Assembly (NCBI RefSeq): GCF_009914755.1
Contig: NC_060941.1
DNA from: the human T2T-CHM13v2.0 reference genome, Homo sapiens
DNA length: 64,000 nucleotides
Reading direction: 5' to 3' (one strand)
The notes below the pieces were generated by a model. That model made no database searches and was not told the DNA's origin. It worked only from the letters and a program-made list of their open reading frames with translations. Of the stretch, positions 17,109-32,950 are shown one piece after another. How positions within the stretch are numbered: the stretch's first letter is position 1; each line of letters opens with the position of its first letter. The position numbers and the translations under genes are program-made.

Positions 17109-17876
17109 TTAGACTCCCTCATGTCTTACCTTTCCATGAAGGTGATATGATCTGACCACTCCACTTACTCCAATTAAAATAGATCATATCTATGCATGGG
17201 TGAGATTATATCTTGCTATTCAAGCTCACTAGGAGCTGAGACTTCATTTTGTTTGTTATTGTAGCCCCTGGGCCAGGTGTATATAGGCTATTTAGCTATC
17301 AAAAACATTAATCAGCAATCAAAATTAAGTAGTGAATATAGTAGGCTGTTCTCCACGAATACAATTTGTAATAACAAACTTGAATAGGGGAGTAATTCAA
17401 CCCAGACTATGCCCTCTGCTTTATAAAATAATATCCTGCCAACTTGGCGTGACATTGAATTTTTTTTTCCTGACAAATACTGACATATTTGCTCAAACAA
17501 ATTAATATCCTTCCTTTGATTCGTTTTGTTTTGGAGGAAATAAGTTCACATGTCAATGTAAAAGCTGATCCTTACAACCTCTCTTCCAAATGAATTTTTG
17601 TATCTTCATGATAACAAGATAATTAAGGAACAGTAAACTTTTCTTTAACTTTGTCTTTTTCTTTTTAGACATAACCCTGGCCTTCTGCATGGAGCCGTCG
17701 CTACTGAGATAGAAAAACAATGATGAGCTGCTAAGTATTTAACAGCCAGATCTTGGGGATGGGGAGATACTCGATTTGTAGCATTTGCCCATTTCCACGG
17801 TTTAAATACTCTCACTATGGCCAATTTTAAGGTATCAGCATGACCTTATAAATGGAACATTAAGAAGAGATGGACA

Positions 17877-18154
17877 GGTCGGGCCCAGTGGCTCATGCCT
17901 GTAATCCTAGCACTTTGGGGGGCTGAGGCAGAAGGATCACGAGGTCAGGAGTTCAAGACCAGCCTGGCCAAGATGGTGAAACCCCATTTCTACTAAAAAT
18001 ACAAAAATTAGCCTGATGTGGTGGTGGACGCCTGTAATCCTAGCTACTCAAGAGGCTGAGGCAGAGAATTGCTTGAACCCGGGAGGTGGAGGTTGCAGTG
18101 AGCCGAAATGGCACCACTGCACTCCAGCCCGGGCGACAGAGCGAGACTCCATCT

Positions 18155-18190
<36 letters not shown>

Positions 18191-18215
18191 AGAAGAAGAA
18201 GAAGAAGAAGAAGAA
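17877..18215 (+). mobile_element. Alu with A33(GAA)9 tail
   Basis: Alu consensus; TSD AAGAAGAGATGGACA at 17862 and 18211. Confidence 0.95.
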
Positions 18216-18568
18216 GAGATGGACACAATATCTTGGAGCCAGTGTGAATCATTGTAAGAAAGACCACGTGATGTCAAGGACAGGGTAGGAAGAAACATAA
18301 GTTTCCATTTTTAAAAATTAAAACACTAGTTATTCCCTAAAATGAGAGTCTGAGTGGCTGTTCATTACCACAACTTAACCATATGAGTATGTTCACCCCA
18401 AATTCTGAGTGAAAAGACCCTGAAGCTCTAAACTTTTTCTCTTTCACCTCCCCCGCTCCACCATAAAAAGAAACAACAAAAAAATTGACATATATGGTCA
18501 TTTGTCCTGAGTTCCATGAGATTTGCAGCAACCAAGGGGACCATACCATGATCAAGCTATTAAAAAAT

Positions 18569-18825
18569 TGGTTGGATGCAGCGGCACATTTCTGTAATCT
18601 CAGCACCTTGGAAGACCGAGGTTGGAGGACCACTTGAGGCCAGTTCAAGACCAGCCTGGGTAACATAGTGGGACCCCATTTCTACAATTTTTTTTAAAGT
18701 TAGCTAGGTATGGTAGTGTGTGCCTGTAGTCTGTGTGAAGGCAGGAGGATTGCTTGAACCTGGGAGTTCGAGGCTGCAGTGAGCTATGATCACCACTGCA
18801 CTCCAGCCTGAGTGACAGAGACAGA
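18569..18825 (+). mobile_element. Old Alu (AluJ-like)
   Basis: Diverged Alu consensus. Confidence 0.85.
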
Positions 18826-20805
18826 CTTCATCTCTTTACCCAATATGTGTAATCTGGGAAGAGGAGAAGGCTCATAACACTCACCCTTGTAAACATCAGG
18901 GAAGAGACCTTGACATTTGGACTGTGATTGCTGATTGGACGGGAATGGGTTGGCAGGGGAAGTGGGTGAGATGTTTTAACCAGGAAAAAGAAAAAAACAA
19001 AAACAAAACTATGAATGTGTGAAAAGAGACTTCTCAAAGAAAGAAAGGAAGAGAAAAGTACTGGTCACTCCCCACACAGACAGAATGCCATGGAGTTGCT
19101 CTTTCTTGCCATGAGTTTAATGACAAGCTTCCTTCCCCTTCATATGCCAACTAAGCAGCAGCCAGCAGGTCATTCCCCGTCTTTGCTGCCCAGCCAGGCC
19201 TAGAGTCTTCCCCAAACACAGTCACAGATATTCCCAGGCTTGAATGCCATCCAGAGACTAGTCATCTGATGCAATTTCCTGTGGTCTGACAAACGAACTC
19301 CCATCCAAACACGTTGTGCTTGGGGAGTCTGACTATATGATCACATCTCCCAGGACTCAGGCCCACTCTGACCACAGGATTCTTCTAAAGACACCACCGA
19401 CAGAAGTGTGTGCAATTGCACCATATAATTTTTGTCTGGGAAGTGAAATATCTCTGTCGTTACATCATCTTCCTTAGCATAGTGATCCCTTAAAAGAAGA
19501 AAGCCTAAATAAGATCCCTTCTCAAAGCCAAACTATTAAAACAATCCTTTTTAAATATTCTTTCCTGTCTTCCATGCTGTACAAGTACAGCTTTCACACA
19601 ATTTCTCTTCTGATCTTCAAAACAATGCACGGAGGGGTGTATTATTCCTGTGTCCTAGTCCAGCCAGGACTTCCTGCTCCCCTTTCCCCCCGATTCCTGC
19701 AAAGGTGACATGGCCAGCCCGGCCAATTCACGTCTGAGAGACTGGCTTCCTGTGACAACCTTCACCCCCCTCCCCTGACCCACAGGCCTGACACAAAGAG
19801 ACTGCCGGAAACTCCCCACAACGGCCAAGTGGGTAGCCACAGTGTCCTGGAAAGGAATTCTAAGCCCACAACAGAGCATTTCTCATCTAGCTGTTTTTTG
19901 TTTTTTTTTTTTTAAATGGGATTGGGGTTGGCGACCAGCCAAAGACGGGTGGCAGAATGATGAAATCATACAAGCCCACAGCACCGATTGATGTCGTAGT
20001 GGAAATGGGGACAGGCTTTTGTGCTAACCAGAGTGTTCCTACATACACTCTCTGATTAATAATAGTGATGGCCCAGGAACAGCCGTGACAGTCAAAGAGA
20101 AACATTGCTGTATTTGTAACATTCCATTTTTTTAAAGAGTGTATATTCATATATTCTTTATGAAATCTAAGTTATCTTGAGAAATGAAAAGAAAATGGCC
20201 ATTGCTGCCACTTTGAGAGCCCTCCGACTCAGGGGTGTTGTGTGGGTTGGGGGAGATTTCCAACTCCCTGCTTAATTATCTCAAAACACCCCATCCATTC
20301 GGGTCAGCCAGCATTTGACTGCCTGCTACTGCGAAGCTCAATACTGCACTCTGCCTAATAAGCACAAAGCCCGCGGGTCTCTCCAGGAAGGCAGGGGTGG
20401 TGGGTCAGAAAGAGCTGGCTCTCAAATCGCCCATGCCTGTGATTGGATGGGGAGGAGTTGAGACAATAGACACACAGCCAACTAACCAAAGCCAGAGACA
20501 AAGGAGGTAGATTCTAGATCAGTGTTGGCATAGGAGTTGGTCCTGAAGAACTGCTGGGATTTTGATGAGGAAGGGAAGGGTTGGCGTGGGTGGGACAGTC
20601 TATAGGAGGAAACATCTTGGAAGAAAATTAGGATGTAGATGAGAAGCAACTTATGGTCACTTCTAATTCCACTCCTATCCCCTGGCCACACATTCCATTC
20701 CTCTAAGGTGTCCAATCTATACACCCCTGCCACCACCCCTATCCCATCTCAGCAGGAGACAATATGTGAAAAGAAAGTTCTTCATTTTTCCTTCTTTTCC
20801 ATTTC

Positions 20806-21421
<616 letters not shown>

Positions 21422-22651
21422 CACTCGTTTTTCATTCTTGATATTGACAGACTGCCCAGAGACAGACAGGAGTGGGTAGTGAGGGTCAGAAGGATTAAGG
21501 AGCTTGCCTAGCCGATGAGGAAGGGAACAAGATAAGATGCAAACCTCAGTCTCTGACTCTCAGCCAAGTGCTCACTACCCCAACTAGCTGTCAAATGAGG
21601 TGGATGGGGCCTTGGTTAGGTACATAGACACCTGAGTCATATCAACCTGGTGTGAATCCCAGCTCTGATGTTGAGCGATTGGCCTAGCCTCTCTCTGCCT
21701 CCATTTTCTCTTTTTTCATTTCATTTTTCTTTTTTGAGGCAGAGTCTCACTCTGTCACTGCCTCTGTTTTCCATAGCAAAATGGAGTTAATAATGCTTAC
21801 ATGAGGGATTAAAACGAAGACAATGCCTACCTAATGCTTAGAATGGTGCCTGGAACATAGGAACAATGTTGAAACAGTCTTTCATTCTTCCCTCCTATCA
21901 CTGTGATCATCAGTACCACCACACACTGCTTCTCATTTAGTGCCTGAATTTTAGAGCCTGCCTGGAGGCTGGAGCCCTGCCTGGACATTTCCCTTAATCT
22001 TGTTATCCTCCTCAGAGAGGCGGCACCCACCCCATTGGCAGACGCCACGGGAATTCTCTGGGCCTGCTTGTCATCACTCCAGATGTTGTTTAGAGTTCTT
22101 CTGTTAGCACAGCTGTTTCTAGGGTCTGGAAAAACTCTAAGGACCCCCAGGAGGATACACACCAGATTGGGTCTGGGCTCACACCACCCTGCATCCCCAG
22201 AGCCTCCCTGGACGCTGTTTGCAAGGTCCTCACCGCCTGGAAGTCCAGGAGCCATTTTTAGGGAACAGCATTCAAGCTCAACATGGCAAGTTCCCTCTTT
22301 CCTGCAGGGGAGGACCAGAAGGGAGCCGGAGATGGGGGAGAAGGGTGGGAGGTGGATGGTTTGGAAAAGGGATGGAGACCCAGACGGAGAGAAGCCAGCC
22401 AGCCAGGGTGAGGGAACAAGCTGCTGTGCTGCCCAGGAGAGGCCTGGCCTCAGGCTGCCAGCCTCAGGGAGGTAGATGCGGCTGTGACAGCAGCAAAGAA
22501 TGACGGCCAAGGGCGACAGCAGGGGCTGGCCATGCTGTAAAGGGGCTTCTTGGGAGGGTCCAGCCTCAGGAATCAAGGGGAACTCCTGAGCCGAGAATTC
22601 TGAAGATCTCCTCCCTCCCTGAAGCTGTGGGCTGGGCCATCGGAAAACTTT

Positions 22652-22696
22652 CAGTTTTGTTTCCTTGCCTGCAAGAAACGAAACTCAACCGAAAGC
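22652..22696 (+). promoter_or_regulatory. XAF1: XAF1 ISRE/IRF-E cluster
   Basis: AGAAACGAAACT at 22674-22685 (reverse AGTTTCGTTTCT, consensus ISRE) lies 28-39 nt upstream of the ATG. A second ISRE-like AGTTTTGTTTCC is at 22653-22664, and AACCGAAA follows. XAF1 is an established interferon-stimulated gene. Confidence 0.9.
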
Positions 22697-22712
22697 CTGC
22701 AGAGAGCAGAAC

Positions 22713-22744
22713 ATGGAAGGAGACTTCTCGGTGTGCAGGAACTG
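22713..22744 (+). CDS. XAF1: XIAP-associated factor 1, coding exon 1 (MEGDFSVCRN)
   Basis: ATG 22713, donor TG|GTAAGA; 32 nt. Confidence 0.96.
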
Positions 22745-23513
22745 GTAAGAAAGTGCTTTCTCCAGCGGCAGACCCGGGCTGGCGAGGGAGAGACGTAGAC
22801 GACATAGGGCTGTTTCTGAAGGGAGCAGAAAGTGGTTCCTGCATAAGAACACTTAGGAGGACAAGCAGCTGGAGACCGTGGGCCCCAAGGGTAGGAGGGT
22901 TTAAACTTGGTAATCTCTGGGTGGGGGTGGGCAGCATTACCTCCACTTCACTGCAGCCCCTTTCCCCCAAATGTTAGGCTTTCTGGGACAGTTCTGAAGC
23001 CAAATAGCCCGGCCAGTGGTCCCAACTGGGCTACTCATACTTGTGAGACCTTGGGTCCTAATTTGGGGTTCTGATACTATGACCTTCACACCCATCTGTG
23101 AAAGAAAGTGTCCCACGGAGATTCTCCAGGACTACTCTCACCCTCCTTGGAAAGGGAGCCGTGGGGCGGGGCAGGGGGGACAGAGCAGGGGGCTGGGACC
23201 ACACCTCTAACGGGAGGGGGGGCGCGGAATCTGACCGATCAAAAAGCCCCATTCTCAAAGCTCCCTACCTGTGACAGGGACCTGAGTGGACCCTCCCCAG
23301 AGAGCTTTGCTCCAGCCAGACCCTTCAAGTACTCTGGTTTCTCAACCAGCCCAGGAAGAGCAGGGGGAGAAGGGGCCAGGTCAGGCAGAGGAGAGAGAGC
23401 AGAGGAAGGGAAGATGATGCTGCCTGTGTGCCCGCTGCCTGGGCAGAAGAGGAGTGAGGCTTTGACAGTCCCTCTCGGAGCACGTCCCCTGTGCCAGGAA
23501 CATGGGCATGTAA

Positions 23514-23936
<423 letters not shown>

Positions 23937-24722
23937 AAAAGGGGGCACTTCTTGGCAAAAAGGACGGTTAGAGAAAAATGCCCTGCCCAGGAAGTGGGAG
24001 GCTCAGAACCCTTCCTTCACTGTGGTCTCCAGGAAGAACCTCGGAGTCTCTGTGAGTTAGCGCAGGTGAACCTGAAGGCAGGGGAGACTTGGGAAGCTCT
24101 CGCTTTGGAGATTTTGGAAGTTGGCATGGCCCTGGCAGGAAGCGTGAGCCTAGCAGGGCTGCGTTCCTAACACTGTGGACCAAACAGGGGCACCAGAAAA
24201 CAAGAAAAAAGATTCAAGAGAATTTGGCACTTCTCTCAAATTATTTAAATTGAAATAATTTAATTATTTACATTATTTAAAATGAAATGTTTCATTTTAA
24301 AAACAGCCTTATAGAGGTATAATTGACCTACAATAAACCTCACATTTTAAAGGGTAGCAATTGATAAGTTTTGGCCTAAGTTATATACATCCATGAAACA
24401 CCATCCCCGTAATTGAGATAATGAAGCTTCCTGTCACCCCAAAAGCTCCCCATGCCCCTTTGTAATTCCTCCCTCCTGCTCCTTCCCATGCCCTGCCCCA
24501 GCAATGTAAGAGCTCTGTAGATCATCCTTATTCTTATTAGATGCTGCCTCACTGTTCTGACTTTTGGACCCACACAGGGAGTGTGGGGCAGGTGGTGTCA
24601 TCATCATCACATGTTCAGTGCTTAAGGCCTCTGGAGATCTAGCCCTGGGTATGAAATACAGCTCCATGTTTTATAATATGAAAATAAGTCTATTTTTCTA
24701 TCCCCACACCTTGACCCTGTAG

Positions 24723-24858
24723 TAAAAGACATGTAGTCTCTGCCAACTTCACCCTCCATGAGGCTTACTGCCTGCGGTTCCTGGTCCTGTGTCCGGAGTG
24801 TGAGGAGCCTGTCCCCAAGGAAACCATGGAGGAGCACTGCAAGCTTGAGCACCAGCAG
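24723..24858 (+). CDS. XAF1: XAF1 exon 2 (KRHVVSANFTLHEAYCLRFLVLCPECEEPVPKETMEEHCKLEHQQ; TRAF-type zinc fingers)
   Basis: Acceptor CCCTGTAG|, donor CAG|GTGAGG; 136 nt; frame continuous with exon 1. Confidence 0.97.
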
Positions 24859-24874
24859 GTGAGGAGGCGGCAGG

Positions 24875-25710
24875 GAGGATGGGGTCTGAGAGTCAAGGTG
24901 AGTGTTCAGTCCTCCCTGCAGGTGAGATGGGGTCTGAGAGTTGGGGGACGAGGGTCTAGTCCTCCCTGCAGGTGAGATGGGGTCTGGGAGTCAAGGCAAG
25001 TGTTCAGTCCTCTCTGCAGGAGAGATGGGGTCTGAGAGTCAAGGCGAGTGTTCAGTCCTCTCTGCAGGTGAGATGGGGTCTGAGAGTCAAGGCAAGTGTT
25101 CAGTCCTCTCTGCAGGTGAGATGGGGTCTGGGAGTCAAGGCGAGTGTTCAGTCCTCTCTGCAGGACAGATGGGGTCTGAGAGTCAAGGCGAGTGTTCAGT
25201 CCTCTCTGCAGGTGAGATGGGGTCTGGGAGTCAAGGCGAGTGTTCAGTCCTCCCTGCAGGTGAGATGGGGTCTGGGAGGGGCAAGTGTTCCATCTTCCCT
25301 GCAGGAGAGATGGGGTCTGGGAGTCACAGAGTGGGTCCAGTCCTCCCTGCAGGAGAGATGGGGTCTGAGAGTTGGGGGACGAGGGTCTAGTCCTCCCTGC
25401 AGGTGAGATGGGGTCTGGGAGTCAAGGAGAGTGTTCAGTCCTCCCTGCAGGTGAGATGGGGTCTGGGAGGGGCAAGTGTTCCATCTTCCCTGCAGGAGAG
25501 ATGGGATCTGGGAGTCACAGAGTGGGTCCAGTCCTCCCTGCAGGAGAGATGGGGTCTGAGAGTTGGGGGACGAGGGTCCAGTCCTCCCTGCAGGTGAGAT
25601 GGGGTCTGGGAGGGGCAAGTGTTCCATCCTCCCTGCAAGAAAGAAGGGGTCTGGGAGTCAGGGAATGGCTCCAGTCCTCCCTGCAGGAGAGATGGGGTCC
25701 GGGAGTTGGG
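24875..25710. repeat. ~48-bp minisatellite (VNTR), about 17 units
   Basis: Unit GAGATGGGGTCTGAGAGTCAAGGCGAGTGTTCAGTCCTCTCTGCAGGT with 45- and 50-bp variants; 191-bp higher-order repeat in the 3' half. Confidence 0.97.
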
Positions 25711-26262
25711 GTGAGGGCTGGGGACTTAAGGCAAGGGTCCAGTCCCCCAGGCAGAGACTCACTTGAGGGCCATGGGAAGTCATTTAGCCCCTCCACACAA
25801 AGCCCATGGAAAGGAAATGTTAATCCTGCCTTTTTCATGCTAATCTGAGTCTACCTCCAGTTTTCCTATTTCCAATCCTTTCCCTACAGGCTTATGGATC
25901 TGGCATAGGCAAGAGGTTCTGGTTTCAGGAAAGACTGGCTGTTCTCTTGAGATCTGTAAAGAGAGGATGTGAAAAAGGAAGGTCCTGGAAGGCAGTCAGA
26001 TGGAGCCCTGTTTCCCGCCTTTCCATGTCCATTCCTCCTGGGGCCCCTGATCTGTCTCTCTGGAGATACTCAAGCTCAGGCAGCCGTTGCCAACTCAGAC
26101 TGGTCTGACAAACACTTCTTGAACACTGGGCGGGGTGCTAGAGAGACACTGAGGTAGCCACATCGGATCCCTGCCCTCTGGGAGTTCACAGACCCAAACC
26201 CGGAACACTGTGAGCCAAAGTGGATGTGGGGCAGGCCCTGGGTGCTGGGTGGACCCACATCT

Positions 26263-26264
<2 letters not shown>

Positions 26265-26292
<28 letters not shown>
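26265..26292. repeat. (TG)14 microsatellite at the exon 3 acceptor
   Basis: (TG)14 followed by TTTAG and exon 3. Confidence 0.97.
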
Positions 26293-26295
<3 letters not shown>

Positions 26296-26297
26296 AG

Positions 26298-26354
26298 GTT
26301 GGGTGTACGATGTGTCAGCAGAGCATGCAGAAGTCCTCGCTGGAGTTTCATAAG
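26298..26354 (+). CDS. XAF1: XAF1 exon 3 (VGCTMCQQSMQKSSLEFHK), symmetric 57-nt cassette
   Basis: TTTAG| acceptor, AAG|GTAAGA donor, phase 0-0. Confidence 0.95.
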
Positions 26355-26620
26355 GTAAGAGCCCCATGTGATTTCTCCTTTACAGCCAAATAGACCAACC
26401 TGAGAAAAGGAGAGGAAGGGGAAACGGGAGGCCAGTAATAGAGATTTCCACCTGACCACTCTTTTCACCCCATTAGGCTTGGAGAGCAGTGGAGAACTAG
26501 CCCACCGCATAACACAGGTTCTCCTGTCCCCCAGATACTGATCAGAAGGGTTTTCCATGGTCCATGAGTCCATCAGAGCTCAGATCCCCCGAAGGCAGTC
26601 CCGCACTCTGGCCCTTCTCA

Positions 26621-27239
<619 letters not shown>

Positions 27240-27510
27240 GTAAGCACACAAACTGGGGTGGAAGAGAGACGTTCCAAGGGCCAGAGCCTTTCCTGGATGG
27301 GATGCAAGGAAGGGAAGCTCTCAACAGGACGGATGACAAGTGTATTTGCTGTATAGATCTCAATTCATCTGGCTATTCTAATTCTAAACCATGCCTCAGA
27401 GTGGCCTTCCTGTGTGTCTGCTGTGGCCTTCAAATGACTGGTCCAGGGAGACTAGGAGGCCGGGGCTAGAGCCTAGCTACCACAAAGTTGAGTAAAGAGG
27501 CCATGGAGAA

Positions 27511-27822
<312 letters not shown>

Positions 27823-28792
27823 CTAGGAAACAGGAGGCTTTCTTTGAGCACCTCTAGCACAGTCCTAGCCTGGCAGAGATCCATTGCATCCTTTTACAGA
27901 TGAGAAACCTACACACAGAATAAAGCAGGGACTTGCTAGAGGCAAAAATAAGACTGGACTCCCGCACTTCCTGGCACTGAATCTAGGGCTTTTTCCATTA
28001 TCAACAATGGCCAGAAGGGAGTTAGCAATGGCTCCTGGCCTGGGGGCCTATGTATTGGCTCCCTGGTACCATTTTATGTTCACTTGAATCACTCACCTCT
28101 TTATGAGGGTGTATTTACTGTCACACAACCATCAGTGTGACAGATCCTTTGGTGTCTTTGCTAGTTGTTTTGGTAACATGGTAACATGGGAGAGAGCCTA
28201 AAACTCCCCAGACAGTAACCTTCTCCTGATAAACAATCCACCCAAGGGCAAAACTGGCCAATGGAAACCTGGAAATTGTGAGAGTCATGTATATTTCCTT
28301 CATCCCAGCATGGCTGGACGTCAACAGAATCAAACACAGTCTTCAACACAACTTCAGTGCAACACAACACAACACAACACAACACAGCTTCAACACTGTC
28401 AACAAAAATGTGTTCAACCAACACCTGGTCTGATCACAGAGTCTGAAAACTGGTGCAATGAAAGAGCACAGTCAGAATGGAGGGGGTTGGCATCCGTGGC
28501 TACAGCTCCATTCATCTCCTTAGAAACCAGTCCTGATCCAGGAAAATGTCTCTCCATTACGGTTGCTGCTGCCCTGAGTGCACATCTGTGGCCATAAAGG
28601 AAATGATGTGGGTGATTCGGCCAAGAGTTGCCTGTGTGGTCAAGGATGCCGGCAGCGCAGGAAAGTCAAGACCAGGCAGGTCCGGGGGGCAGTTCGTGCT
28701 CATGAGCACAGGCCATGTATGCAGTTGTGGGAGAGCTGGGCTAGCCGTTGACAAGGACAATCATTTGTGGTGTTGTTTCTCTGCTTATTCAG

Positions 28793-28878
28793 GGGAAAGA
28801 ATTTCAGCTCCTGAAAGGGAAATCTACTGTCATTATTGCAACCAAATGATTCCAGAAAATAAGTATTTCCACCATATG
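28793..28878 (+). CDS. XAF1: XAF1 exon 5 (GERISAPEREIYCHYCNQMIPENKYFHHM)
   Basis: TTATTCAG| acceptor, ATG|GTGAGT donor; 86 nt restores phase 0. Confidence 0.96.
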
Positions 28879-29873
28879 GTGAGTAGCACTTAGTAATTTT
28901 CTAATGGTGCCAATAGTTCATCCACATTCTGAAAAGTGTGATAGGAAAGGCAGATTCTGGGCCCAATTTTACATAGCATGGATATTAAAGGGTCCCATAT
29001 TTATTTTTTGCTTTGTTCCAAAAGATAGTTTAGTGACTTGCTTAGGCTAATCAAGCACACAAAAATTGGTCTTCATTTGTGCCCAGCCCTTCAAAGGGGC
29101 TTCCCTTGCCACTCCCAACACCCCCGATCACCTCTGACCATCTCCAAACTTCATGGCCTGGACATTGCAATTTGGTCCTCAGTAGGGCCTGTCTTACTGT
29201 TTTCGGTCCCATGTGGGAGTCTTCTCTATTAGACTGTGAGCTTCCTGCAAAACTGCATGACTTTTTCCATTTTCCTGACATCAGAGCTTGGTGCAAAAAG
29301 AGGACTCTGTAGAGGCGCAGTTACGTGATTGACTGACTGACTGATTTTGCCTGGGAACACTCACAGGTTCTTCCCTCCATAGCCCCTAAGCGCCGTTTAG
29401 TGCATTGCTGTGCCAAGTTGCTCCCTTCTTTTGCACAGAATGGAGCATTTCCCCTTTGGGAAACTTACCAAGGCTTCTCTCCAAAGAACTCTTCTCCTTC
29501 TCCTTGGGCAGAAAGTTGTTTACCTTTCTTAACACTTCAGTGCTTAAAACTACAGAATATCAAAACTAAAGAAACCATAGAGACGATCCAGCTTTTCGCT
29601 CTTTTCTTTTTCTTTTTACTATTGTGGTAAACCACGTATAATGTAAAATTTGCCATCACTATAGAGACATTTGGTACATTCACAATGTTGTGCAATCTGG
29701 TTCTAGAATATTTTCATCATTCCAAAAAGAAATCCTATACCCATTAGCAGGTACTGTACATTCCCTCATCTTCCCAGTTCCTGGCAACCACTAATCTGCT
29801 TTCTATCTCTATGGATTTGTCTATTCTGGACACTTCACATCAGTAGACTCATATAATATGTGGTCTTATGTAA

Positions 29874-30323
<450 letters not shown>

Positions 30324-30324
30324 T

Positions 30325-30475
30325 GAAGTGCAGTCTGTGGACCAGCTGCATGAGCATCACCTGGAATCCTGTTAGAAATGCAGAATCTCAGGCCCTCCCC
30401 CTAGAAATGCTAAATCAGAATATGCAGGGTCACATGATTTCCCAGGCATTTCAAGTCTGAGATGCGCTGCCCCAG
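30325..30475. mobile_element. MER5A-like hAT DNA transposon
   Basis: GCATCACCTGG...TGTTAGAAATGCAGAATCTCAGGCCC motif. Confidence 0.7.
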
Positions 30476-30889
30476 CCACGGGATTCTCAGCCTTGGCTGT
30501 ACGTGGAAATCACCTACTGACTTGTTTTCCTTAGTACTGATGTTTATTCGATCCTATAAGTGGTCCATGTGTTCTGTTTGAATGAGAAAATACTTGGTGA
30601 GCACCAAAACAAGAGTAAAGCTGACTACTTCCCTTCAAATGTCCAGCCTGGCAACCAGGGCACCTACACACTTATTTGAAGGCTACAGGGAAGTGGGGAG
30701 CTCCAATACACATGGAACTGGATTTGTGCTCAGAAACTCTGAATTTTAGTTCTGCTGTGCCCCTTACTGGCTGTGTAACCTCTCTGAGCTTCTTTCTTCT
30801 TTTGAGGAAAATGGGGATAATGGTTTATCTCCTTGTTCAGGAAAAGAAGACATCCACAACCAGCCAACACCAGATCTATCTCCTTGGCA

Positions 30890-32950
<2,061 letters not shown>

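Noticed and set aside
21827-22576. 249-aa minus-strand ORF upstream of XAF1
   Set aside because: No recognisable domain, non-ATG start, runs into MIR-like sequence; consistent with a chance ORF in GC-rich promoter DNA.
24941-25848. Repetitive ORFs of 144-158 aa (GEMGSESQGECSVLSA repeats), and the array's superficial CRISPR-like regularity
   Set aside because: They are translations of a 48-bp minisatellite with non-ATG starts. There are no unique spacers or cas genes and the DNA is eukaryotic.
28320-28425. (CAACA)n-rich stretch in XAF1 intron 4
   Set aside because: Ordinary degenerate microsatellite with no further structure visible.
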